Below are positions 19,158-27,709 of a DNA stretch of 64,000 nucleotides, piece by piece. Origin of the DNA: Acidimicrobiales bacterium. Its GTDB lineage: Bacteria; Actinomycetota; Acidimicrobiia; Acidimicrobiales; Aldehydirespiratoraceae. Position numbers and translations under genes: made by a program. The notes below the pieces were generated by a model. The model ran no database searches, was not told where the DNA came from, and saw nothing but the letters and a program-made list of their open reading frames with translations. Where the stretch lies: the NCBI GenBank assembly GCA_965116195.1, contig OZ220491.1:336042-400041 (forward strand). The letters are read 5' to 3'. Each line of letters opens with the position of its first letter. Position 1 is the stretch's first letter.

Positions 19158-20177
19158 GTGGATGAGGTCGGTGTCGTCATCAAGGGGTCGGTCGCTTTGA
19201 GCGAGAAACTTGTAAGGCATCTGGCTCGGATGGTCGTTTCCGAAGCGGATGACGTCGGGCTTGTGGATCTTGGGGAGATAGTCGCTGGGGTGGCCAGGGA
19301 TGCCCTACCGGTAACGGATGACCTTGTTGACGCACTAAGCCTCACACGCGTTGGCCGCCACTTGGCACTGCGAGACACCAAGCGTGTACGCGCGAAACTG
19401 GCTCTGATGGAGATTGGTCGCCCAGCGACCAAAGAGGAGATAGAGGAGGTCGCAGACCAGAAAGGATTTGCTATCACAAGTGTAGGGACCGCGCTGTCCA
19501 GTATCGATTCGATCGCACGTGCAGACAAGTCCCGCTGGGGACTTATTGAGTGGATTGATGATGTCTATGAGGGCATCTCTGCTGAGATTCAACAGCGAAT
19601 CAATGAGCACAACGGTGCAGTGCCATTGACATTCCTGCTCAAGGATATTTCTGAGCGGTTTGGCGTAAACGAGGGTAGCATTCGGTCATATGTAGCAACA
19701 AGACAGTTCAACGTGGCGGACGGCATGGTAAGCCTCGCTAGCGCGAGCAACTACAACTACCGGCCGGTGGAGGATGTCGCAACCCGTAACAAGCATGGCG
19801 AACTTTGTTGGGATTTTCCGGTCAAGGCTCAGTACTTGAAGGGGATCTCGATTGATGGCTTTCCTCCTGAGCTCGCGCGGGTACTTGGCTGTGGTCCAAA
19901 TGACCGCCGTGAGGTGCGCGTGGCCTCGCCCGATGGATGCGATCCCATAAGCGTCATCTGGAGGTTGTCCTCCGTCAGCGGTGCTGCGCAAATTGGTAAG
20001 GTTCGGGACGCTCTTCAAAGAGCAGGTGCAACTGCTGGTCGCTACGCTCGAATCGTGATTGCCGACGAAGGTTGCGCAGTTCGGTTTGAACTTGTTGAGA
20101 ATGCTCAGCCTTCTACGGAGTTGTTGACCGCGGACGATCTCCTCGCACGAATGAAAAACCGCCGACGGATCAGCTAG
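19158..20177 (+). CDS. hypothetical protein with HARE-HTH-like winged-helix segment
   Basis: GTG start 15 nt after the sspD stop, behind AGGAGG. The segment IGRPATKEEIEEVADQKGFAITSVGTALSSIDSIARADKSRWGLIEW follows the HARE-HTH pattern ending G-W-L-x-W. A second HTH-like stretch reads FLLKDISERFGVNEGSIRSYV. Confidence 0.45.
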   Translation: MDEVGVVIKGSVALSEKLVRHLARMVVSEADDVGLVDLGEIVAGVARDALPVTDDLVDALSLTRVGRHLALRDTKRVRAKLALMEIGRPATKEEIEEVADQKGFAITSVGTALSSIDSIARADKSRWGLIEWIDDVYEGISAEIQQRINEHNGAVPLTFLLKDISERFGVNEGSIRSYVATRQFNVADGMVSLASASNYNYRPVEDVATRNKHGELCWDFPVKAQYLKGISIDGFPPELARVLGCGPNDRREVRVASPDGCDPISVIWRLSSVSGAAQIGKVRDALQRAGATAGRYARIVIADEGCAVRFELVENAQPSTELLTADDLLARMKNRRRIS

Positions 20178-22397
20178 ATGCTTGCCGATGTCTCAACGCT
20201 GCGACGCAGTTTCTACAAGCTTCCGGAGGACCCGTTCGCGCGTGAGATACTCATTCCGTCGTTCCAAGAAGCGATCTCAGTACGCGGTGTGTTCGGATGG
20301 TTCAGCTCAAGTTGGATATCGAGGCTCGCTCCTGGGCTAGCGATGTACCTCCAACATCCCGAGACCCGAACCATTGAGATGACCGTCTCGCCGAAATTGT
20401 TTGAGTCAGAGCGAAAGGTTATAGAGCGGGCTGTCCACCTAACAGATGAGGAATCTGCCCATCGTATTGAGCATGTTTTTACTAATGGACGCGATGATGT
20501 TGATGCGCTCGCTGCTCACGCGCTCGACTGCCTCGGATGGATGCTGGCGACTGGACAACTCCGACTTCGGATCGCTGTACCTGAGCCTGGTTCCAACTTC
20601 CACCCGAAGATGTGGGGCTTTGGTGACGACCGCGATTGTGTAATTGCGAACGGCTCTGGGAATGCAACTGGACGAGGGATCGTTGCTGGTGTTGAGCAAA
20701 TGACTGTCACGGTGAGTTGGGACGATCACGACAACGAGGTCTTCGAACGTGCGGAGGCGGCTTTGGAAGATTGGCTGAATGGGAGGAGCATTGGCATCAA
20801 CCGCATCCTAGAACTTCCCGAGGCCATAGAAGCTCGGATCATTGAGACAGCCCCGGATATCGCACCAACCGAATCCGACTACTTTGACGCGGTTGAAGCG
20901 GACGGCAACCCCGGCTGGGCGGCGGATCCGCACGAGTCGCTTCGCCGTCGTTTCGCAAGTCCCGTGGTAGCTGCTCCGCCGGTTCTGCAGATTCCTTCGT
21001 GGCTCAGATGGCGCGATGGTGACTACGGCTTCCAAGGTGAGGCCGTTGACGCCTGGGAGCAGTCGGAGCCATCCGAGCGCGGCATTCTCGAGATGGCAAC
21101 CGGTGCAGGCAAAACGCTGACGGCACTCGTCTGTGCGACACGCCTCCAGCAAAGGCATCCGGATCGTCCTCTTCTGATGGTGGTGTCGGTACCGTCGCTA
21201 ACGCTCGTGGCTCAATGGCGCACGGAAATCGCGAAATTTGGGCTTCGCGCCGTAGCCCCCTCCCTCGAATCAAGCACCGATGAGGCACTCAGCCGAGCGC
21301 TCCGTCAACTACGGCTTGGTGGAACAGTGGCGCTCGTTGTTACCAACCTGATGCTCTGCGATCCGCGTTTCCAGGCTACCTTGCGACAAGGCGGCGATGC
21401 TGCAACGCTCCTTCTCATAGCGGATGAAGCTCATGGCCTCGGTGCTGACGGCTTTGTCAAGAACAAGCCGAATTTCTTCGAAAAGCGACTGGCGTTGACT
21501 GCTACTCCCATTCGGCAATACGACCCGGACGGTACGGAAGAGATATTCGCCTTCTTCGGAAAACCTGTATACACGTTCGGGCTTGGGCAGGCGATTGGAT
21601 TCTGTCTGACCCCGTATGAGTACTACGTGCATGCTGCGACTCTCGCCACGGACGAGCTTCATGAGTTTGTCGCGTTGACCAAACGTATCGGCGCGGCGAT
21701 CAGACAAGATGACGATGAACGTCGTAATGCGCTCTCGATCCAACGCCGGAGGATCATTGAGACGGCTGAGGCCAAGTACTCGTTGCTCCGCGCTGTACTT
21801 GAGATTCGACAGATTCACAATCTATCTCATGCATTCGTGTATGCCTCAGCCAAGGATCCAGAACAGTACGACCGCATCGCAGCGCTTCTAGACGATCTTG
21901 GGATCAGGTGGGCAGGGATCACTCAGGCAACTTCGTCAAGTACCATTCGACATGCGTTCGAGTCGTTCGCAGACGGAGGCTTCCAGGTTTTGCTTGCCAA
22001 AAAACTCCTAGATGAAGGAGTCGATGTTCCAAGTACCAGGGAGGCGTTCATTGTAGCGTCGTCGTCTGTGGAGCGCGAGTGGATTCAGCGACGTGGCCGA
22101 GTGCTCCGCCAACATCCTGACAAGCCATTCGCGATCATTCACGACTTCCTTGCCCTTCCCCCGGCATCTCATCTAGATGAGGTCTCGTCGGCGCGGTCAA
22201 TCATCGACACAGAACTCAAACGCGCCTACGCCTTCGCGCAGTATGCCAGCAATCCGACTGGACCTAGCGGAGCGTTTGCGAGCATAACCGAGATTCGTGA
22301 GGCGTACTGGCCTTCGGGTTCGACAGTATCAGGCAACTTGCGATACCCTGGGGAGCTATTCGTCGCGCCGGGCACCCCCCGAGGAGTACCATGGTAA
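20178..22397 (+). CDS. PLD/HKD-family nuclease domain fused to SF2 (DEAH) helicase
   Basis: The ATG directly follows the upstream TAG. It has a single HKD-like motif HPKMWGFGDDRDCVIANGSGN. Helicase motifs are I MATGAGKT, II LLIADEAHG, III LTATP and VI QRRGRVLR. Confidence 0.8.
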   Translation: MLADVSTLRRSFYKLPEDPFAREILIPSFQEAISVRGVFGWFSSSWISRLAPGLAMYLQHPETRTIEMTVSPKLFESERKVIERAVHLTDEESAHRIEHVFTNGRDDVDALAAHALDCLGWMLATGQLRLRIAVPEPGSNFHPKMWGFGDDRDCVIANGSGNATGRGIVAGVEQMTVTVSWDDHDNEVFERAEAALEDWLNGRSIGINRILELPEAIEARIIETAPDIAPTESDYFDAVEADGNPGWAADPHESLRRRFASPVVAAPPVLQIPSWLRWRDGDYGFQGEAVDAWEQSEPSERGILEMATGAGKTLTALVCATRLQQRHPDRPLLMVVSVPSLTLVAQWRTEIAKFGLRAVAPSLESSTDEALSRALRQLRLGGTVALVVTNLMLCDPRFQATLRQGGDAATLLLIADEAHGLGADGFVKNKPNFFEKRLALTATPIRQYDPDGTEEIFAFFGKPVYTFGLGQAIGFCLTPYEYYVHAATLATDELHEFVALTKRIGAAIRQDDDERRNALSIQRRRIIETAEAKYSLLRAVLEIRQIHNLSHAFVYASAKDPEQYDRIAALLDDLGIRWAGITQATSSSTIRHAFESFADGGFQVLLAKKLLDEGVDVPSTREAFIVASSSVEREWIQRRGRVLRQHPDKPFAIIHDFLALPPASHLDEVSSARSIIDTELKRAYAFAQYASNPTGPSGAFASITEIREAYWPSGSTVSGNLRYPGELFVAPGTPRGVPW

Positions 22398-22594
22398 GTA
22401 ACTTCGAGAGGATCCTTGAGGAAATCACCAAACATGCCAGCGATGTATCTGAGGACTTTGACGCGGAGACCTTGATCGGATTGTCTATGAAACTCGTTGA
22501 CGAAGAAGACAAGCATAGGACGAAGAAGGTGAACATCAATCAGATCTTTGCGAACTTGATTGAGCAGGCAGCGAACGCAGAGGGGCCGAGATGA
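22391..22594 (+). CDS. small acidic helical protein (67 aa)
   Basis: It is coupled on both sides: ATGGTAA overlaps the helicase stop and ATGA overlaps the next start. It has no recognisable motif, and support comes only from this operon geometry. Confidence 0.45.
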   Translation: MVSNFERILEEITKHASDVSEDFDAETLIGLSMKLVDEEDKHRTKKVNINQIFANLIEQAANAEGPR

Positions 22595-24786
22595 TTCGGT
22601 TCACCCGCATCCAGATCGAGAACTTCGTTTGTTTTGAGAAACTCGTCATAGAGCCTTCTGTGGATCCTGAACGCCCGCTCACGGTCATCCGAGCAGAGAA
22701 CGCCTCGGGGAAGACGACATTTCTACGCGCAGTCCGCTGGGGGATGTACGGAGAGCAAGGGCTTCCGGGTAGCCAGACTAGCTTTGGAGTTCAACCAACC
22801 TTCTGGAAACCCACGACATCCGGTATTGAGACCCGGGTTGTGATTGAGTTTACCTCGGACGGTTCGACTCGCCATGATATAAGTTCCGGAACTGCTGATA
22901 CTCGATACCGACTTGTACGGACGGTGCGCACGATTGCACGCGATCAGGAACCTGGTTACCAGCGGATAAACGAAAACGCTCAACTGATGGTGCGGAGTCC
23001 CAGTGGGGCGTGGGAGGAATATACATATGGTGTGGACCACGTGATTGAGTTGCTTCTCCCCTGGGAGCTACGAGACTTCTTCGTGATGGACGCTGACGAG
23101 GCTTCAGAATACGTCGGAGGCAGCGAGAGCATGACAATCAGTCGAAGCGAAGTTGACGAGAAGACGACCTACGCGATCAACGCTTTACTCGGTATCAGAG
23201 TCTTTCAAGATGCTGCCGGCCGGGTTGCTGAGGCTGAGCGGTTGTTCGGCAAGAAGGCCACCAAAGCCATCGGTGACTCCGACCTCAATGAGATGCAGGC
23301 GAAACTAGACGAGGTCCGATGCCAGATCAGAGAGTTGGAGGACAAGAAAGGGAAGAGTGAGCGTGAACTCGCCGACCTAAAGGACAATCGCGCTCAGCAA
23401 CGTGATAGGCTAGATGAGACACTCAAAGGCGTAGGCGCACTTGAAGAACTCAGGAAGCGACTCGCTCAAAGCGATCGTGACATAAGTCGAACTACCAAGG
23501 ACTATGAGTCCGCCTTGGCATCGCTCGGAGGTGTGCTTGAAGCACCGTCGCTTTTCGCAAAACTGGCGCACTCTCAGATAACGGCCGTCGTCAGTTTTCT
23601 ACAACCAATGCACGACAGCGGACAGATCCCACAACGTCACCTCGGGTTCGTTCGTGGACTACTTGAGTCTGGAAACTGCATTTGCGGTGAGGACCTTGCA
23701 CAACAGGGTCCCCGCCGTAGTCATGTCGAAGATCAACTGGCTGCCTCTGAGTCGGCTGCTGAGCACGCGAACTACCTCGGGCACGTGTTCGAGGTAGGTC
23801 GAGAGCTTTTGCACCTTGCCGACAACGCAGATTGGTCAGACGAAGCAGACCGTGCGGAAGCAAGGCTCGCAGAAACCGAACAGCGATTGTCTGACCTTCG
23901 TACCGAGCGAGAGGACATTGATAAGAAACTAGACTCTATCGATGAGTCGGAAATTTCGTCAATCCACGAGGAGATCAAAGCCCTCGACATTCAGATCGAC
24001 CGAAGCACCGCAGAGAACTCAGAGTATGATAACCGTCTTCCAAGTCTTCAGAGTGAAGCAGATTCTCTCAACAAAAAGATCCACAAACGGCAGGACGGAG
24101 AGAATGCTGCGAAGGGTCACCGCCGAGCCGAAGACCTAGCGGGTGTAATCCATCGTATCTTGACGAACGCCTGTCAGACCATCCGAAACGTCCAAGTCAA
24201 GGAACTCTCCAATGAGATGAACCGGTTGTTCGCAACGATGGTAGATAACGTCACCGAGGATGAAACCGATGTCAGTCAGACTGGAAAGGAAACAATTCGG
24301 ACAATCACGCAAGTAGGAGTACGCCCCACCTCTGGCGACAACTTCGAGATATTCGCCATCAACAATTACGGACGTGACAAGCCGCATATCGAGATCAACG
24401 GGGCTAGTCGTCGGGTGATTGCCTTGGCCTTCGTGCTCGCACTTTGTCACGAGTCAAGGACCCGTGCTCCACTAGTTGCGGACTCCTTACTAAATATGAT
24501 GTCAGGTGCGGTACGTCGCAACACTCTTGCTGCGACGGCCGAAGAGTCCGGTCAACCGATCCTGCTTCTGACTGGTGCCGACCTTGATGCTGAGAGTGAG
24601 GTTGAGACCGTTGCAAGCAAGGGCGGAGCGACATACACGCTTACGGCACAGTGGCACAAAGAGGTCGTGAACCTTACGGACTCGAGGGCAATCTCCCTTG
24701 TCTGCGTATGCGGACCTCGGCAGTACTGCGATGTGTGCGAACGGGTTGGGCAAGCAAACCGGCCTGAATGGTCAAAGCGAAGGTAG
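22591..24786 (+). CDS. DndD/SMC-Rad50-like coiled-coil ABC ATPase
   Basis: N-terminus FTRIQIENFVCFE...AENASGKTTFLRAVRWGMYGE (Walker A). A long charged coiled-coil middle contains a CxC element (GNCICGEDL). The C-terminus has a signature-like NGASRRVIALAFVLAL, a Walker B/D-loop PLVADSLLNMM, QPILLLTGADLD, and a terminal CVCGPRQYCDVC. Confidence 0.75.
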   Translation: MIRFTRIQIENFVCFEKLVIEPSVDPERPLTVIRAENASGKTTFLRAVRWGMYGEQGLPGSQTSFGVQPTFWKPTTSGIETRVVIEFTSDGSTRHDISSGTADTRYRLVRTVRTIARDQEPGYQRINENAQLMVRSPSGAWEEYTYGVDHVIELLLPWELRDFFVMDADEASEYVGGSESMTISRSEVDEKTTYAINALLGIRVFQDAAGRVAEAERLFGKKATKAIGDSDLNEMQAKLDEVRCQIRELEDKKGKSERELADLKDNRAQQRDRLDETLKGVGALEELRKRLAQSDRDISRTTKDYESALASLGGVLEAPSLFAKLAHSQITAVVSFLQPMHDSGQIPQRHLGFVRGLLESGNCICGEDLAQQGPRRSHVEDQLAASESAAEHANYLGHVFEVGRELLHLADNADWSDEADRAEARLAETEQRLSDLRTEREDIDKKLDSIDESEISSIHEEIKALDIQIDRSTAENSEYDNRLPSLQSEADSLNKKIHKRQDGENAAKGHRRAEDLAGVIHRILTNACQTIRNVQVKELSNEMNRLFATMVDNVTEDETDVSQTGKETIRTITQVGVRPTSGDNFEIFAINNYGRDKPHIEINGASRRVIALAFVLALCHESRTRAPLVADSLLNMMSGAVRRNTLAATAEESGQPILLLTGADLDAESEVETVASKGGATYTLTAQWHKEVVNLTDSRAISLVCVCGPRQYCDVCERVGQANRPEWSKRR

Positions 24787-24793
24787 GTATCAA

Positions 24794-25270
24794 ATGTACT
24801 TTTCTCACATTCTTACGAGTAGTCGGTGCTCTCTCTATCTGCCGAAGGATGCACGCGAGGACATCTTTCGACTCGTGTCCGCTCACAGGCAGACCAAGAC
24901 AACGCGTCAGATGGCTCCGTTCCGTCGTCAGGCTGATTTCTGGCTTCTATGTATAGGCGTCGCTCTAGCTGGCGGTTTACCACCCTTGGAGGGTTCACCA
25001 AACCCACCGAAAGGTTGGGGATATAAGTTCAATGACACGCGGGATGTACAACTTCCAACAGAGGTATACAACCTCTTGTCAGTGGTGGCGTTTGAGGCAC
25101 TAAACCACGATCCTGATCGGATCAGCGATCCGGTTCAAATCATCAACGTCGCGAACGGCTTGGCGGGTGCTGCATGCGATCAAGTACTTGAAAAGTTGAC
25201 GAGCAAGGACCTTCGACTGACTCCACTGGACAAGGCGCTAGAACTGGCCCGCTCTACTTACAACTCCTAA
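24794..25270 (+). CDS. hypothetical protein (158 aa), last gene of the ssp-linked operon
   Basis: ATG 24794 follows GAAGGTAGG and lies 8 nt after the upstream stop. There is no catalytic motif. The helix RRQADFWLLCIGVALAGG is reminiscent of small Dnd-locus-associated proteins, but this is unverified. Confidence 0.5.
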   Translation: MYFSHILTSSRCSLYLPKDAREDIFRLVSAHRQTKTTRQMAPFRRQADFWLLCIGVALAGGLPPLEGSPNPPKGWGYKFNDTRDVQLPTEVYNLLSVVAFEALNHDPDRISDPVQIINVANGLAGAACDQVLEKLTSKDLRLTPLDKALELARSTYNS

Positions 25271-25671
25271 GCCTGGATTCGGTCTGGGGGTGGCTTGGCA
25301 TCATCTCGTGTGCTGGTAGTGACGGTCGAGGGAGACTGCTGGAGCATGCACCGCAGAGTTGGCCACGTTAATCTGGCTTGTTTGAAGAAGCACCTCGGGC
25401 TTGATGCGGCAACTTCCGAGCCTTCTTCTATTTCTGTTGAAATGTCTTTGATTACGACAACATCCTCGGATAGTACACCAACCTTCTCAGATAGTTTTGT
25501 TATAGCCTCACCATTAGTCTTGACATCACCGGCTAAACTTTCAAACCGATCTTTCAAGTCATCAAAACGGTTGTTCATATTGTTGGTATGGTCATCGGAT
25601 CGGTTGCTGAACGGTCTCATAAGATTCGCAAAAACAGCCACAAACACAACTAATGGCAGACCAACGCTCAT
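25267..25671 (-). CDS. small membrane-anchored coiled-coil protein (paralog 1)
   Basis: N-terminal TM helix LPLVVFVAVFANL followed by a heptad-like region NRFDDLKDRFESLAGDVKTNGEAITKLSEKVGVLSEDV. It lies in a conspicuously AT-rich patch. Confidence 0.55.
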   Translation of the reverse strand: MSVGLPLVVFVAVFANLMRPFSNRSDDHTNNMNNRFDDLKDRFESLAGDVKTNGEAITKLSEKVGVLSEDVVVIKDISTEIEEGSEVAASSPRCFFKQARLTWPTLRCMLQQSPSTVTTSTRDDAKPPPDRIQA

Positions 25672-25832
25672 CCCTCAGGCGATGGCATCCTCTCCCATAT
25701 TAGATCTCCCTTGCTATTATTGGCTTTCCGCTATTTGCATAGAATATCATATTATACTATAATTGTCGACATGCGGCGTTGTTGAGGATTTTTGTTTGGC
25801 GAGGGGACTGAAGTCAGCCTCAAGTTGAACAG

Positions 25833-26177
25833 TTACGCGGAGGCAGGCTCAGCTTTCTGTTGTGATGGGGTGGTGTTCGGGTCTTTGTCGGGTTGTGCCA
25901 CACCCTGATCTCGCACTTTGATAGGAGCAAGTGGTATATGAGGTATGATCATGTCCACTTTTGTTTCAAGTGCAGTGACACGGTTGGATAGGTTTTGGAT
26001 AGCCGTTCCGTTCTCTTTTACATCGTCACTTACTCTATCTATCTTGTTGTTTGTGCTATCCAAACGTTTATTTATGTCATCTAAACGTTTGGTAAAGCCA
26101 TTCAAGGCGAAGACTAGAATAGCCCCAAACACGACAGCGGATACGCTAATGATGAGGGAGTCTGCTGTGATATCCAT
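25833..26177 (-). CDS. small membrane-anchored coiled-coil protein (paralog 2)
   Basis: TM helix LIISVSAVVFGAILVFAL followed by KRLDDINKRLDSTNNKIDRVSDDVKENGTAIQNLSNRVTALETKV. It aligns by eye with paralog 1 (shared DVK-NG-AI--LS--V). It also lies in the AT-rich patch. Confidence 0.6.
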   Translation of the reverse strand: MDITADSLIISVSAVVFGAILVFALNGFTKRLDDINKRLDSTNNKIDRVSDDVKENGTAIQNLSNRVTALETKVDMIIPHIPLAPIKVRDQGVAQPDKDPNTTPSQQKAEPASA

Positions 26178-26277
26178 GTAGGTCTCCTTTGGTTTTGCGG
26201 GTATTGAGGCTCCCTGCTAGCTGCGTAGCGTGCCACACTATATCAAATGTCGCCGATCCCGAGGTAGTTCACCCGGT

Positions 26278-26493
26278 CTAGCCGGCCAGCCGGTCGAGGA
26301 TTCGCTTGTGACGCTCCATTGACGCGGCTAGTCGCTCCTGAAAGCGGTCGTCTGCTCGGCGTGACTGGATGTGGCTGTCGATTGCGTTTCGGATCGTCGC
26401 AGACACGCTCACGCCGTCTACCTCGGCGCTGAAATCAAGCGCCTCGGCCTGCTCGGTCGGCGGCCTCAAGGTCATTTTTTGACTCTCGGCCAT
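26278..26493 (-). CDS. ribbon-helix-helix (CopG/Arc-type) protein, antitoxin-like
   Basis: 71 aa. An N-terminal beta-strand-like MTLRPPTEQAEAL is followed by two helices (VSVSATIRNAIDSHI...). No adjacent toxin ORF is present. Confidence 0.5.
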   Translation of the reverse strand: MAESQKMTLRPPTEQAEALDFSAEVDGVSVSATIRNAIDSHIQSRRADDRFQERLAASMERHKRILDRLAG

Positions 26494-26584
26494 CGTGTCG
26501 CCCCTGATGCTCGGTTTCCTGCCGTGATATGCTAAGGGTTGGTACGCAGTGGAAGTCGTGGTTGTCTCGTAGCATCATCCCGTT

Positions 26585-27709
26585 GTGTCTGCAGTGATAG
26601 TCGGGACCGGGATTGCGATGCCGCCTGTTGTGGTTGACAATCACGACCTGGCTCGCATCATGGACACCAGCGACGAATGGATCAGATCGCGTACCGGGGT
26701 GGTGAGCAGGCGATTCGTCGAACCGGGCACGGCGGCATCGGATCTGGGCGCGGAGGCGGCGACGGCGGCGATGGGCGATGCCGCTGTCGGGGCCGGAGAC
26801 ATTGACGCGGTGATCTGCGCGACGATGACACCGGACCGTCAGAATCCCGGCATCGCCGGCGCGGTTCAGCACAAGGCCGGTATCGAGAGCGTGGCGACGT
26901 TTGATCTGCGTCAGCAGTGCGCAGGGTTTCTGTTCGGTCTGGACTTGGCCGACATGCTGATCGGCACTGATCGCGCTGACACGGTGCTTGTGGTCGGCGC
27001 GGAGGTGCATGCCGGTTATCTGCCCTGGGGCGACGCCTGGGACATCGTGCTGGGCCGCACCGATCGGGTCGCCACCGACGCTGAGCGTGAGCTGGCGAAC
27101 CGTCATAGGGCTTGGAGTGTGTTGTTCGGCGACGGTGCTGGAGCCGCAGTGGTGCAGCGTCGGTGCCAGCGCCAGCGATGTGACTCCGTCAGTACGGCTA
27201 CCGACAGGCCGCCAGTGGGGATGCTCGCATCGGTGCTGAAGACCGATGGTGCCAAAGACGATCTCATCGAGGTTCCGGGCCTGGGGTCAATGCAGCGTCC
27301 TTATGCGGACGCAGCGCAGATCACCGCAGGCATGCATCATCCCCGGATGAACGGAGGCGGCCTTTACCGGCTTGCGGTCGAGGCGATGCCCGAAGCGGTG
27401 CTGGAGGTGCTGGCACGCACCGGACACGAACTGAGCGATGTCGATATCGTGGTGGCCCACCAAGCCAACGACCGCATCCTGGAAGGCGTGCGGCGACGGC
27501 TGGGCGTTGACGACACGGTGGTGCCGTCCAACATCGGCCACTGGGGTAACACCACTGCGGCGACGCTGCCGATCCTGTATCACGAGCTGCGCGAGGCGGG
27601 CCGGGTGAAGCCCGGTTCGCTGGTGGGTTTCACCTGCTTCGGTGCCGGGGCACACTGGGGAGCAATGCTGTACCGAGAACCGTTTGACCGGGTGGAGGTG
27701 GCTGCGTGA
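26585..27709 (+). CDS. beta-ketoacyl-ACP synthase III (FabH)-like condensing enzyme
   Basis: VVDNHDLARIMDTSDEWIRSRTGV, active-site Cys context QQCAGF, VVAHQAN, GHWGNTTAATLP (Cys-His-Asn triad pattern). Confidence 0.8.
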   Translation: MSAVIVGTGIAMPPVVVDNHDLARIMDTSDEWIRSRTGVVSRRFVEPGTAASDLGAEAATAAMGDAAVGAGDIDAVICATMTPDRQNPGIAGAVQHKAGIESVATFDLRQQCAGFLFGLDLADMLIGTDRADTVLVVGAEVHAGYLPWGDAWDIVLGRTDRVATDAERELANRHRAWSVLFGDGAGAAVVQRRCQRQRCDSVSTATDRPPVGMLASVLKTDGAKDDLIEVPGLGSMQRPYADAAQITAGMHHPRMNGGGLYRLAVEAMPEAVLEVLARTGHELSDVDIVVAHQANDRILEGVRRRLGVDDTVVPSNIGHWGNTTAATLPILYHELREAGRVKPGSLVGFTCFGAGAHWGAMLYREPFDRVEVAA

